A stretch of DNA of 64,000 bases. Origin: Lama guanicoe (Eukaryota). The notes under the pieces are model-generated. The model made no database searches. It worked only from the letters and a program-made list of their open reading frames with translations, and was not told the origin of the DNA. This document shows positions 38,341-51,300 of this stretch, piece after piece. A program made the position numbers and the translations under genes. Positions within the stretch are counted from its first letter, which is position 1; the number at the start of each line of letters is the position of its first letter. The DNA is taken from the NCBI GenBank assembly GCA_013239625.1, contig MU053487.1, positions 3,059,058 through 3,123,057 of the forward strand, in the 5' to 3' direction.

Positions 38341-39134
38341 CGCTTAGTAACGTGTCTGACAACTGCGAGCTATGACTGGGAGGCCCTCTCTACATCTTAT
38401 GGGAAGGTTCATGTTTGGTCCAGTAAAACTCAGGTATTGAAGGGTAAGGAAAAGGTGCAGAGGGACAGGATTAGAAACCATGTAGTTTGGGGGTGATGAC
38501 GGAAGGTGAGCATCAGGTGCTTTGGCCCCAGGGAGGACCAACCCCCACTGTTCCCACGTTCTTGCTCGAATCACACACCAGCACAGGGCTGACAGTGCAG
38601 CTGAGCCATAAAAATGCTGAATCGGGAGGGGAGAGATTTGTTTTCTAACAGCTTTGTTTCTGTGCTGTTGGCCTAAGCCTCTTATTAAGCAGGAGTGTAC
38701 TTTTTTCCACCAAAGAACGTGTAAGCGGAACAACTCTAGTTAAAGCTGGTGTCAAGTCTCCTTGGCCCCTCCTCCAGCAGCCCTGGGATCTCTGCTCTGA
38801 GCTCAGAGGCCCACGTGGGGAGCACAGTGTGCAGACCCTGAGCCTGAGAACTCCAGCTCAAAAACAGCCAACCAAGAAGAGGCACCACATTTGTAAGATT
38901 GGCAAGGGTGTTTTATGGGGTGGGTACTCTATAAAGAAAAGAGCCTTATATGAGTTCTTCCTGGCTGCCAGTTAACCACCAAGGACAGGAAATTTCACAT
39001 CCACTCCCAGGAGGAGAGCTGGAGTGAATACCCTTCCCAAACCATCCCCCGTGGGATTTCTTACCACCCCGGTCCCCATCCCTCTGGCAGTGCCCACCAG
39101 GTGCTTTGGAGCAAGTCATTCTGTATATTTTTTA

Positions 39135-39285
39135 AGTTTTTTACTCCAGCTTTACTGAGATATAATTGACATATATCATTGCATAAGTTTAAGGTAAAAG
39201 TGTTGATTTGATACACTTACATATTGCAAAATGATCACACCATAATGTTAACTAACACCTGCATCACATCACAAAATTACTATTT
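39135..39285 (-). mobile_element. L1MA-type 3' terminus
   Basis: tttactgagatataattgacata...aagtttaagg...atttgatacac...tattgcaaaatgat. Confidence 0.75.
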
Positions 39286-41748
39286 CTACAAAAGGTTCTT
39301 TTGGACATGACTGGTGTTCCTCTTGTTTTTCAGCTTTATGATGGCCTGAGAGAAAATTTGCTCCAGGACACTTTTTTTTTTTTTTAGTTAATGATTCAAG
39401 CATCACCTGAACAGATCAATTGTAGTAACAAAACACCATTGCAATTATATAGTGTCCTTGCATGTTCCAAGGACACAGCCGCCCAGAAAATTCTTAGCAG
39501 TGGTCTGAAGAATTTGCATTAATCTGAAGCCAAGCTCTCGAGAAGCTGTGTGCATTTAGGAAACAGGCTGCAAATTAATGAACCCTCCGAGCGCATTGCC
39601 CCAGCCTGGCCTTGCTCCCTGCAGCACAAATGCTAAATCAATAGCTTGCTTATTGTGACTCTCAGCCTGCTCGCTTTTTTCTCTCTCAGATCAGCTTGGT
39701 GAGGCTTTTTCCTTAGTGTTAACTCAGAGATTGCTTGTAAAGTGTGGGTTAAATATGCAAAGAAAGTAATTTTTATTCTCGGGTTTGGAAAATAACTGAG
39801 CCACTTTTGGCAGATCTTTGATGTTTTCAGATATGCTAGGGAGAGATGTTCTAGAGCCTTATTCTCCAGGCTAGCGATTATGTAAGGTTAAAATGTTGTT
39901 TTAGTGTATAAATGCAGAGAAAAAAGGGCTGGACAGATACACACCAAGCTGAAAGGGAGGACATCTGGGGAAAGGAATGTGTTGGGGAGGACATGGAAGA
40001 GGGAATAGGTTTATGTGTCTATATTCCTTACAGTGCAAATGTGTTTTTATTACATCAGTGCATAATGAAAAATTAAAACAAATTTTATTCTAGTCAGCAG
40101 CATGCATTCTGCTATGGCCCACACAAGAAAAATAACCCCAGTCCTCTCTTAGGCTCACTTAGTAGGCTCATCACCCCCTGTCTTTTTAAACCTCTTCTTG
40201 ATACAGAACTTCTTGCAAGTTTAATTTTTGTAATAAACCTGCTTGTTTGCTGACTTGTAACAAGGGGCAGAGTCCTTCCCTGGGCCCCGGATCCCATGCC
40301 CCGAGTCTAAGGTGCATTGCTTCCCAGTGCCACATGGGCAGGGACTGCTGCTTGGTGAACATTAATTCAGGCCAAGGGCGTTGGGAGGCTGGAAGGAGTT
40401 TGCGTGATGCCGTTGGAGAGGATGAAATCCCCATGCTCGCTAGACAGAGCGCCCCTGGAATAAGAAACACTCGTGTCCCCACACGTGGTGTCGTCCTGCT
40501 CAGCCCCAGACGATCCCTGCTGCCAGGACGATCATTGCACTCCCAGATTTACCTAACCTGTTGAGTGCCTGCCTTACGTTCGCTGTTGAACCAGCTAAAG
40601 TCCAAAGTTAACTCTAATTCCTTGACTAACATTCAACTTAAACAAAAAACACACACAAAAAAGAAAAAGCCATTTTAAATGGAAAACCTCTTGATTTGAT
40701 TTTTTTTCCCTGTTTTATTTGGTAAGCTAAATTATCCAGTCTTTAGTGGCTAGGGATAGTTATTTTCTTGTGTTTTGTTTTATATTAAACATGGAGCAGA
40801 GCTTGACCTTCCCCCAGGACAGACAATTAGCTAATTAACACTGGGTACTGAGTATGCCACAAAGTAAACTAAAATACTTCAAGTCATTTCTAGAATGAAG
40901 CAAGGCCCAAGAGATAAATACTCTTAAGACTGGTTGGCTGAAGATAGCTAGCATTTAATAACTCTTTGTGATCCCCTTATGACAAGATTAGAGTCAGCTA
41001 CTACAAAAACACGCATGGATTTTCTGGTTAACACACAGCACGTGGATTAAAGGAGACGGGGACTCCAAGGGATAAAAATTCACATTCATTCACTATTACA
41101 CCCCTGTGGGCCCGGCACAAAGTAGGGCCCTGGACCTGGACCAGTTTCATATCTGTTTCCTATTGTTGGAGGTCACTTTGAATTGCATTTTGCCGATGGT
41201 TCTATAGTTTCTCTTAAAAGTTTTTTTGAAAATGTTAGTCACTAGGGGCAAAAAAACCCAACAACAACCATGGTCCAGTGTAGCTCTAAAATATACTCAT
41301 ATACCACAATGAATTTCAGATGAAATATCACCCCAGAACATGGGCCTGCATAGTTGGAGTAGCTATTATAATTAAACATTTGTTTCCATATAATAACAAT
41401 AGCCACCGCATTTGTGCCAGGCAGAATGTTAGGTGTTGCCATTACAGCTGACAACAGCCTTTCAGCTCACAGCCAAGGGACTGAGCTGATACTCAAACTC
41501 AGGTTTGTCTGGTTCCAAAGCCCAGGACCTCATCATACCCCTTCAGACAACGGCACTGTGTTTGGTTAAACTTCATTTGCTAACTATTTATTCTTACTGT
41601 CTTTAATAAAATCCCATGATGTGCTTGACCAGGCATTTAAAATGTTTGGTTTCGTTTATAATCTCATAGACATAGTATCACAGAAAAATAAGGGAATTGG
41701 TTTGTCTTTTACATGAAGGTAATAACATTGATTTTTTTCCCCCTTTAG

Positions 41749-41850
41749 CCACCAGCTAAATACCTCCTCCCAGAGGTCACGGTGCTTGACTATGGAAAGA
41801 AATGTGTGGTCATTGATTTAGATGAAACATTGGTGCACAGTTCATTTAAG
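41749..41850 (+). CDS. CTDSPL: CTDSPL coding exon 4 (102 nt), contains DLDET catalytic motif
   Basis: ccctttag|, AAG|gtaaat. Encodes [34 protein letters not shown]; DxDxT HAD/FCP1-family motif at 41815-41829. Confidence 0.98.
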
Positions 41851-44800
41851 GTAAATCAACATAAAAAATAATCAGTGATCTTTGTGGTTTGGTCACAATT
41901 GTATTGGAAAAGGGAAAATACAAAGGATGAAAGCTTGTGATTGTTGGCATGTGACTTCATGAAGAAATCGCAGTAACAGTTGCTTATTAACTCAGGTGGT
42001 TAACCCGGGTAGTTGAATATTAACATAATTAGTCTGGAGGAAAAAACACACTGAGACTCCATTCTTATCTATGAGGTTGAGTTTTTGAACACTCTGCCCC
42101 CTGCAGAGATACTTTCCAGGTGGCACAAGGCAGTCAGTGCACCAGGTCCCCGGGACACTGCCGTGTGTTCGTCAAGGTAACTGCAGAGCTGTATGTGCTG
42201 TGAGTTGCACTGCCCTGTGGAAAACTGTCAGGCGACCTGCAATCCTGGGAATTTTCCCAGACTGAGTCTTGGAAGATGGCCAGCTCTGAAGACGACTTCC
42301 ACAATTATGGCATCTGAACGGATTCAGCCATTTCTTTGGGCCGTTTTCATGATGAGAGGTCACTAGGGATTTTTCATAAGCTTCACGGCTAAGTGAGCAT
42401 CCACCTGCGTGCCCTCCCACCTGGCAGGTGCAGGGCTGCAGCAACATCACGGTGAGGTCTGACTTTCTCACGTCCATTGCCTTCCTTGCTCTCCGTCTCC
42501 ATCTCCCCACCAGAGTAACAGCAGAAATACAGGTTACCCAGAGGCCTCCAGGCAGAAAAGGCTATGGCTTCACTACTAAGGAATGAGTGAATTGATCACT
42601 TTCCCATTTTTTGAAGTTGTTTTCAAAGAAGCAGTTGATGGGAAAATGGGGAAATAGGGGATTGGTGTGTTGGGGAGAAGAAGCAGGTGTTGGGGTCCTG
42701 GTCCTGTTTCCCTTGGGGTGTTTCTGGTGTTGGAAGTGCTCTTCTGTTCCTGGCCAGTTGGACCATGTTCCTCTTCCACCCCCAGCCTGTGACCTACCTC
42801 GCTTTGCTGAGACATGAGGGCACCATCTGCATGTGGAGTATGTGTCTTGCACCACCCGGTCCTTCCTTGGCAGATGTGTGGGAAGAAGGAGAACCATCAG
42901 ATTTTCTTGGAGACCTTTCTGCCAGAAACATCCGTCCTTGTGCCTGCTTCTCACTAAACAGACTCCTCCTTGACAGGACAAGGCCAGGCGGTTGTCCCAG
43001 AGTCCTTTGGAGAGTGGAGGGGGCCACCCTTACGTCTGGCAGTGACAAATGGCCTGTCCGGCCACTGGGGCCTGTGGGTACCATTCATCCCAGTGTCTTG
43101 AGGGTCCTTCCAGGATCGGTCCCCAGGGCTGCAGTGATCTTATTTCTCAGTTCAACTCTGAACAGCACTGGCAGCCTGCTTCCCCCTGTGAGCGGAATGC
43201 TCAGGACTTTTCGAGTCCCTCAGAGGGAAAGCCCTTTAGAGCAGGGGTCAGTTGCCATCATAGCATGGACAGCTTTCCCTCCCAGCAGCTCTGGGTGTGT
43301 GGGCATCGCTGGCCAGATCCCTGAGTAACAGGGTTCCTGGCTTCGAAGGCGTCTCCAGGGCCTGTTCAGAGGGTGTTGGTGCAGCAGGCTCATATGAACA
43401 GCATCTCTCCATTTCTTTCCTCCCTGGTCTACCTACATTTGCAAGCAAAATATTCATCATATGGTTTTTAATGTTCTGGGCATTTCAGAGCCCTATGAGA
43501 ATCCAAAAGCTGTGAACCTCTCTCCTTGCAGCTGTACAGCTGTACAACACACAGGCCCACAAGCCCAGGTTTAGAACCCTGGCTTTGGCCTGGCCTCATT
43601 TACACCCGTGCATGAGAAGAGACAGAGGGCAGGTGCTTGTTCGGAGCTGGGGAGTGGTTTCCCTCTTGTTACACGCTGTGGAATGTGATTTCACAATCTG
43701 ATGTCTTGTGAGAGTTTCTTCCTTCAGTCTTGTTTTCTAGCCTGATTCTGTCTTTTAGTTGTGAAATTTCAAGAGACTGAACCCATCCCTAGCCTTCCAA
43801 CCGTAAGAGTGAATAAACTACAATCTTAAGCCTCGAGTGCTCTACAAACTGCTTAGTAAGGGTTCTGTGATCTAGTCATTTCCACTTTTTTTTGCAGTTT
43901 GCATATCAAAGAACCACGTGTGTGTACAGTGATGGGCTTAAAGGCAGACCCCAATTCAGATTCTGATCAGAGACTGTTCCCCCCACGCCCCTGCCCAGGG
44001 GCCCCCACACACGTGCCCTCCTTCCCTCTGTCTCTCTCCTGCTTGTCCCAAAGGTTTGTGGTCTGATGATTTGAATTTTCAGCATCATTAATATTGTCAA
44101 AGAGTTATTTTAAATATGCAGAAGTTTGTGAGTGGGCTGGATATGGTATTACCTAGAGCAGAGCAGTCTGGGGAATGTGGGGTTGGGGGGACTGGCTTTC
44201 CCCACCCCCCAGGGCAGGAGGTGGTGCCAGGCGAGGCCCAAAATCACTGCTGTGTAGGACTGGATGGAGCATGTGCGCTCATCAGACCCATTGCTAAAGC
44301 TTTGGAAGAGAGGAGGAACCAAGATCCAGAGGGGAGAGAGCCTGCCAGGATCGTGGCTGTGGCCTCTGACTTCAGCCCGCAGATCTGTGGCCCCACTTCG
44401 GGTCCGTGTACCGATCATCTGTCAAGCGGCCCCTCACAGTGCAGTCTGCTCTAGTGGGTCCAGCACAAAGTATTTTCCCCCAAGTTGCGCTGTCAGGCTC
44501 TCAGCTCCTCCCCCTAGTGGCCAGCAGTGGTTCCTGCCGTCCTGTCTGGGCCACAGGCAAGAGCGGTAGTTTGAGGAGCCCCGTTCCCAAGCCAGGTGCA
44601 CCACCCTTTGTGGGGCCAGGCAGGTGATTAAAGAGTGTGGACCAAGATGCTGAAAATGTAACGATATTCAGAACAGAAAATCATAGGCTTTCCTGCTTGT
44701 GCTTATATTTTTTTGAGGAACCAAGGCATGTGTCAACATCCTGAACTGTTTTTTCCAATGATAAAAACATTGGTCCAGGCAAGCTTTTTTTCTTGCTAAA

Positions 44801-44858
44801 ATTTCCTATTTTGTTTTGTTCTTTCAGACATATTAATCATAGTTTCTTTTCTCTCCAG

Positions 44859-44915
44859 CCTATTAGTAATGCTGATTTTATTGTTCCTGTTGAAATCGAT
44901 GGAACTATACATCAG
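44859..44915 (+). CDS. CTDSPL: CTDSPL coding exon 5 (57 nt)
   Basis: ttttctctccag|, CAG|gtaaga. Encodes [19 protein letters not shown]. Confidence 0.97.
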
Positions 44916-46427
44916 GTAAGAAATCAAAGCTAAATCTTGAGTTTCAAGTTAGCATTTTTTAGTAATTAATTTCCTATGAACTTTATTTCTAAATTCTCAA
45001 TTCAGTAATGATTTTATTACTGAATCAAAAAGGAAGCAGACTTTATTTTAAAACGCAATGATCTTCTGCTTTTTTTTTCCTACTCGGAGGAAATTTATAC
45101 TGAGTTTATAAGGGAGACTATAATTGGCTTGTTAATATTAGATGTGATTGCAAGTTCAAATAGTTCTTTGATTTGATGCAGACTTTTAGAAGTTTCCATA
45201 TCCCCCACTGGCCTAGCTTGATGGTCTAATTAACTTCCCCATGTAATTGCTCTCGGCCACTCTCCTACCAGGCAACAGGAAAATGTCACATGTCACCCAG
45301 TTATGGTAGATTCTCGTGAAAACTTGTCTGTTTCCAATGCCAGCCATTCCAGGCTGATCTTGTCGCTCCTGCATCGTGTTCTCCAGTGAATATTTAGCAA
45401 GAACCCAACCCAAAAGGGCAAGGAGGAAGGGTGTGTGTTTTTGGATCAGCAGGCAGCTTTGAATAAAGATGCCCTAGTCAGTTGGCATGCATCCTTGTTC
45501 TGATATTTTTTTTTCCTTATTTTCCTTTTTTCTGCATGAAGCTCCTCCAGGAATAGTTTCGTTTATGAAATATTGGAAACGTCATAGGAAAACATTGTAG
45601 GCTTTCCACCATGGTGATCCGGTCATCTTCCTTGTCAACCCCAAGGTCTTAAAGGGAGAGTCTCTGGCTTGATTTGTTTATGTCCCAGGAGGAAAACCCT
45701 CCCTTGGTGCTTGAGCCGTAACGTATTGTCTTTCCTTAATGATGCCAGTAGTCTCTTTGGCCCTTGAGTGCAGGGTGTCAGAGCAGTGAGGCCTTGGGAA
45801 ATCAGCTGGTCCAGCCAACTCATTGTCCACCTGGGGAAACTGAGTCTCAGTCAGAGAGAGGGTTGTGGAACCAACATACAATAGGAAGAATTAAAATGAG
45901 AGCTCCAGTTTCCTGCCCCTGACCCAGGGTTCTTTTCCTGAGTCCTTCTCCTCCTCTGCCAGGAGGTCCTGCCAGGAACCCATCCCTGGGAAAGGCAGCT
46001 CTGTCCATAGTGTCTCCACACTTCATGCTTTTGAAGGCCATCAGGGAGCCAGAATGGCAGGCACTTGGGCATTTAACATTTGCAGAAGCATCGGCTGAAT
46101 TAACTCAGCATCTGAGAAGCAGTTAAAGCTTCTGCTTTTATTATCTTGGCTCGTGTTGCAAGATAATGAGACAGAGGAGAGGCTGCCCACTGGCATGACA
46201 GGAATTCAGAGAGAAATTAATCCTTCGTTCCTCCTGACTGTGAGCATGGCCCTTGGGGCCTGACCTGCTCTGGCCAGCCCGTTTCCAAAGGAGCCGCCCA
46301 GCTCCCCCAGCCCTCCGGACTGTGCTACAATTCACTTGGCGGTAAATACCCCAAAACTGGGGTCAGAAACTCTCTCTCCTGAGGGAATGAAGCCACAGGC
46401 GCCCAGAGGAGGACCAAGGCCCTGGCG

Positions 46428-46517
46428 AAGGCCGTGGCCTCGTTCAAGTAATCCAGGATAGGCTGTGCAGGTCCCAAGGGGCCTATTCTTGGTTACTTGC
46501 ACGCGGACGCGGGCCTG
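46428..46517 (+). ncRNA. MIR26A1: miR-26a-1 precursor hairpin (5p 46443-46464; 3p 46482-46503) in CTDSPL intron 5
   Basis: Exact mature TTCAAGTAATCCAGGATAGGCT and 3p CCTATTCTTGGTTACTTGCACG; arms base-pair. miR-26 loci are known to be hosted by CTDSP-family genes. Confidence 0.99.
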
Positions 46518-46999
46518 GATGCTGGCCTCTGGGCCCAGGACCCTCCTCTCTGCCAGAGGCACCGACACCAGTGTTCCCAAACCAGTCCCCTGCCCTCGCA
46601 TATAGCAAAGCTTGCTTTCGGAGCAGTATCCCAGGGAGACTGAGGACCACAGGCCGCTTCTGTTCCTGGCACCAAGCGTCTCGTGGGCAAAGTGGGGGGC
46701 CTGGAGCTCCTGCAGCCGCAGGCCCTGTCCTCTGCCCCCACCCAGGCCTCCCAGCTCCTTGGAGCCCTGTTGGCACCCACCCTAGACCATCCTACCTCTC
46801 TGGCGCCTCTCTCCATCCTCGGCTGCACACCCTTTCAGTCAGCCACAAGTTTCCCAGCAAGTCATGCCTCTGTGTAAGTTCCTCTGCCAGCAGCACATCC
46901 TCTGTGTGGGGCAGGGGCCCCCGTTTCCCTCTGTTACTCGTCCTTTGGGGTAACTTCATCTGCCGTTCCTGGCCCCAAGTGTTCTCACCCTGACCTGCC

Positions 47000-47440
47000 T
47001 TTCACACTTCATCTTCAGCCTCCTCTTCTATCCCTAGTGCCCGCTCTTTTATTACCACCTCTGAAGGGCTTCTCATGCTGGGCTCTGGCCATTCTCTTAA
47101 CACCCCAAGTATTTTCAGGCCAAGTCTCCTGCTCATACTGTTTACTCTGCCTACAAGCTCACTTCTCATCCTTATTGACCTGGTGAACTCCTCTTCATCC
47201 TTCAAGGTCCAGACCAAATGGTCCCTTCTGTGATTCCCTTCCCTTCAGAGGGGAGTTAATTGTCCTTAGTGTATCCCTGTACTACAGCTTTCATTGTGCA
47301 TGTTTATTTTGATGTATTTTTCTGTATATCTGCTCTAGACTGTGAGCTCTTCAAGGGCAAGGCCTGTGTTTCATTCATCTTTGTAACCGCTTCAGGCTGA
47401 GCCCAGAGCTGGGGCTCAGCGAATATGAATTGAATTGAAT
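47000..47440 (+). mobile_element. L2 3' end
   Basis: ctagactgtgagctcttcaagggcaaggcctgtgtttcattcatctttgta...atgaattgaattgaa. Confidence 0.72.
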
Positions 47441-48281
47441 TTTAACAAGTTCAAATTATTTTAGGGAAATGGCTAAGTTCAAATGGAATTTATTCAAGTT
47501 TTAATTAGGTCTTCCCTCCTCCCACCTCCTCTGCCTTCTCTCCCAGCTCCCTTGATTCCTCAGATCCTTTCAAGCCCCCGAATCAGGAGCAGAGCTAAGC
47601 CACTCTAGGAGAGGGTGCTGCTCTTTGTACCCCATGATTGGAGGCTCCTCCTGATGGCTCGTTTCTGGGGCCTGGGAGTAGGCTGGCTTCACATCCCCTG
47701 AAATAGATGTTTCTGTAGTAGATTCAAGCAGAGTTACCTTTGTTGTGATTTCCCAAGCCTACGAGGAAGGACCTTCCTGCAGCTTTGCTGGGCCTGCGCC
47801 TCGGCCCCAGGCCTTTCTAGCAAGGGAGGGGTTCCAGTCAGAGTAGGAGAGCGGCCCCAGACCTGCGGGGCAACAGGCCAGGCCCTGACCTCCGCCAAAA
47901 CTACTACCCCAGATTATGGCCTGTGTCCACAAACGGCCTGACCCAGAGCCTGTGCCAAGAAACACGTGTGCAATGGAGTCGTGGCACAACCCTTCCACGT
48001 GCTGGTTCTGAAAACCCCCAAGACCCTTGATAGCTGGTTGGCTTCCCTTTCTCTCTTGGGAGGGGCATCTGCTCTGAACTCTGACCTGGAGCCCAGTCTG
48101 AGGTGTGTGTCTGGCCTAAGGCACCACGTGTGACTACACCGCTCCTCACACAGACCTCACTAGACCTGGGGGCGGGGGGTGGGAACCTCGTTAGGAATTC
48201 TTTCTGACACAGGGTGTCTTGGCCCCAGGCCATCCCCAGGGACTGCTGTGACTGACCAGCATGCTGTCCCTGCCTTTGCAG

Positions 48282-48374
48282 GTGTATGTGCTGAAGCGAC
48301 CACATGTGGATGAGTTCCTCCAGAGGATGGGGCAGCTCTTCGAGTGCGTGCTCTTTACTGCCAGCCTGGCCAAG
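48282..48374 (+). CDS. CTDSPL: CTDSPL coding exon 6 (93 nt)
   Basis: cctttgcag|, AAG|gtgggt. Encodes [31 protein letters not shown]. Confidence 0.98.
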
Positions 48375-51300
48375 GTGGGTCCCGCCCCAGCACCCAGCCC
48401 AGTGCCCCCAGCCCTTCCACCCCTGCCCCGTCTGTCAAGCAGCCCTGTGTTAAGGTGGGGGAAGCTGTTTCCATGGTGACAGGTTCCCACGCCAGGTGGG
48501 ATGGATGCAGGCCATGCACAGTACCAGCCTGAAAGGCTCCTAGGTTACCATAGTGACAGGAGCACAGGGAACAAATGCTCTGGGAAGTTGGTGACTACAG
48601 CCACTGAGGCTGGTTGTCCACAGACCAGGAAATCACACATGTGTCCCCAAGAAAGGGTGTCCGCATCTCCTCTGTTGACTGGCAGCCAAACGCTAGAGGC
48701 TCACGCCTCCGTGCTCTTGAGTTCTCTTACATAGGTTTCAGGGAGAGGTAAGTGTCAAAGAGTCATCCACCTGCTAGGGCCGAATGAGAGTTCTGACTGC
48801 CATAACAAGCCCTGGGACCTCAGGCAAGGTCCTTTTCTTGCCTTAGTTTCTTCTATAAGATGGAGGTAATTCTGTCTACTTCATGGGTTGGGGCAAATGG
48901 AATAACACCCATAAGCAGCTTAGCAAAGTGGCCAACTCGTATTCAGCCCCTGCAGTGTTCTGGGTGCTGTGTTGGGCGCTGTACCGCGGTAAGTGCACCA
49001 GCCGTCCATTGTTTATGGCCGTCATTGTTCGTGGCGGTAAAATAACTCACACACATCTTGGTCCTGTGGCTTGGTTTGCATCTCTGACCCAGCGTCTACA
49101 CTGGCTCTGACCAAAGAGTGGTTTCTTTGCTCTCTCCCACTATTTGAGGGAACAAGCAGGTCCGCAAGCCCCCAATATGGTCTAGTCTGTCTTTTGACAG
49201 GTGTGCTAGGTGCCCGCACTGTGTGAAGGGCAGGCAGGCAGGCCTTGCTCCTCAGGAGAGATCCTTACTGTGACTGTGTCTCAGGCCCTGACCCTGATGG
49301 GGTCAACACCATTCATTTGTTGGCGGCACCACCAGGGACCCTGAGTGGCCCGAAAAATGAACTTTGTGGGGCCCAGGTGAGCCTTCTACCTGTCTCCAGA
49401 ACTGCTCCAGGACCCCCATGTTCTGTCCCTGTGTGGCGCCCGCCTTCTCTGCATGACGGGGGCCCTGACTCTGCGTTCCCAGACATGCTGTTTTGCCAGG
49501 CAGGGCCTTGCTGGTCTGGGCCCCTGTCATGCCCAAGGGGAGAGAGAACCCCACCTGCTTACGTTCTGCCAGGCTGTGCAGCATGAGCCCATGGAGAGGG
49601 AATCCGAAGCCCAGGCCTGACTTTTGCATCCTAAAAAGAGACCGTGGCCTTAGGAAAGGCATAATCTTCCCTGATGGATTTCCTCTCCGATGAGCGGTGC
49701 CAAGACTAACTGTGCCGTAGTGCCCAGGTGCCGGGGAGCCTGATAACCAAGGAAATGACAAACAGGAAGTTTGCGTGGTGCCGGTGGATGGAAAGTTGTC
49801 TTTTCTTGGCCAAAATGGAAATCACTCTTCCTTGGCATCATCCCCAGCACTCGCTTAAACATCCTCGTTCAGTCTCTCTTCCTGGACGGCTCCCACCTGC
49901 CCCTCCATCTGTCTCTCTAACCTCTCTGTCTCTGCTGCTCCAGGCCGGCTTTGCCGAATCAGCCCCCAGTGCAGCCTTCCGGCTGCTTTTCCCCCTGGTG
50001 CACGAGTTCAGCTGACAAGTGGGCACACCCCAGCCCTTGGCTCTGGGCTCAGCACCCAGCCAGCACCATCAGTGCAGTGGACCTCCTGGCCCGCCACCCA
50101 GGGGCTCACAGCAGCTCTCAGCTGACTGTCCGAGCCCTTCAGTGTCTGCTTCCTCACCTTGGTTTCCTTCATTCATTCACTCACCTAGCAAGTACATACT
50201 TCACACCTACCATGAGTCAGGCACTGTACTAGGCACCAGGGGTATAGCAGGGGACAAAAGAGGCAGCCTCTGCCTGCATGAAGTTTACATTCCCCACGTT
50301 CATCTCTGAGGCCCAACCTGAGACATTCCCTGAAGGATGTATGCCACCACCGGCAGTGCTGATGACGATTAGGAAATTAACTGTCCTTTCCAGCTTGAGT
50401 CACAGCCCCTTGTAACCCACCCACATGGCGCTTGGCAGCCCTCACCAGCAGAAAACTGCAGTGCCCTGAGCTCACCCTACTTGGTCAGCATGAAATCCAG
50501 GCTGCTCCTGAACTCTGCTCCATCTGATGTGTCTGGAGAGAGGACTTTCCCGTGGTCCCAGAGCTGCTGCTTGTAGCCCTGTATCCTGTAGCCCTGCCGG
50601 CCTTTGCTCTGCACTCAGGCCGCTGTGCGCTCCACTGCTGGCCTCCCACCCCCACCAGCCTCCGGTGCCTCCTTCCTCCCTGGCAGAGGCTTTGGGCCCC
50701 TTGGGACACCTGGATGTACCCCTCACTTGGGTTTGGGTGCTGAGGCATGGCCTCATGTGACCTCACATGGCTTGGAACTGCCACTCTTCTGCCTTTTGGC
50801 CCAGCCATTCAGACATCTTCACTTACGGAGATTTGCCCTCAGGCATTATTTTTTATCCAGTTCAGCTTGTTTGGGGAAAAATTCCCCAGGCAATGGAAGG
50901 GAGCCAAGCAAGATGAATCCCAACTGTAAGCAGGACTCAGACTCTCTCCCATCAAACTCCTGGGCTCCAAGTAAATAGAGGTGGTGTCTTGAGTACCATC
51001 CTGTGGCAGTGAGGGGCTGGTCCGGCCCGGCCACCCAGAGCACCTCTAGGGGGCAGTGTGGTCCTGTGCACACAAGCCAGATCCCAAGTCCCCTCTTCGT
51101 TCATTGATGGAACTCAAATTTACTGATCCCCTACCATGAGGTGGGCACCTGCCAGTTGCTGGGGTGTCATGGGGAACACAACAGGCAAAACCTAGATCCT
51201 GACAGGTGACGAGAACATGAGGTTGTCTCAGATGGTGATGAGACTTGAGGATGTGGGTGGTCCAGGCTTGCTCCCCGAGTTCCCCTCCCTCCTCAAAATA

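Noticed and set aside
42562..43515. Cluster of 100-213 aa ORFs in intron 4
   Set aside because: Mostly non-ATG starts, no domain similarity and no supporting splice structure; expected by chance.
48261..48479. ORF-track extensions around exon 6 (likewise 52350-52685 around exon 7) as single-exon proteins
   Set aside because: CTDSPL similarity stops exactly at the AG/GT boundaries; the flanks are intron.
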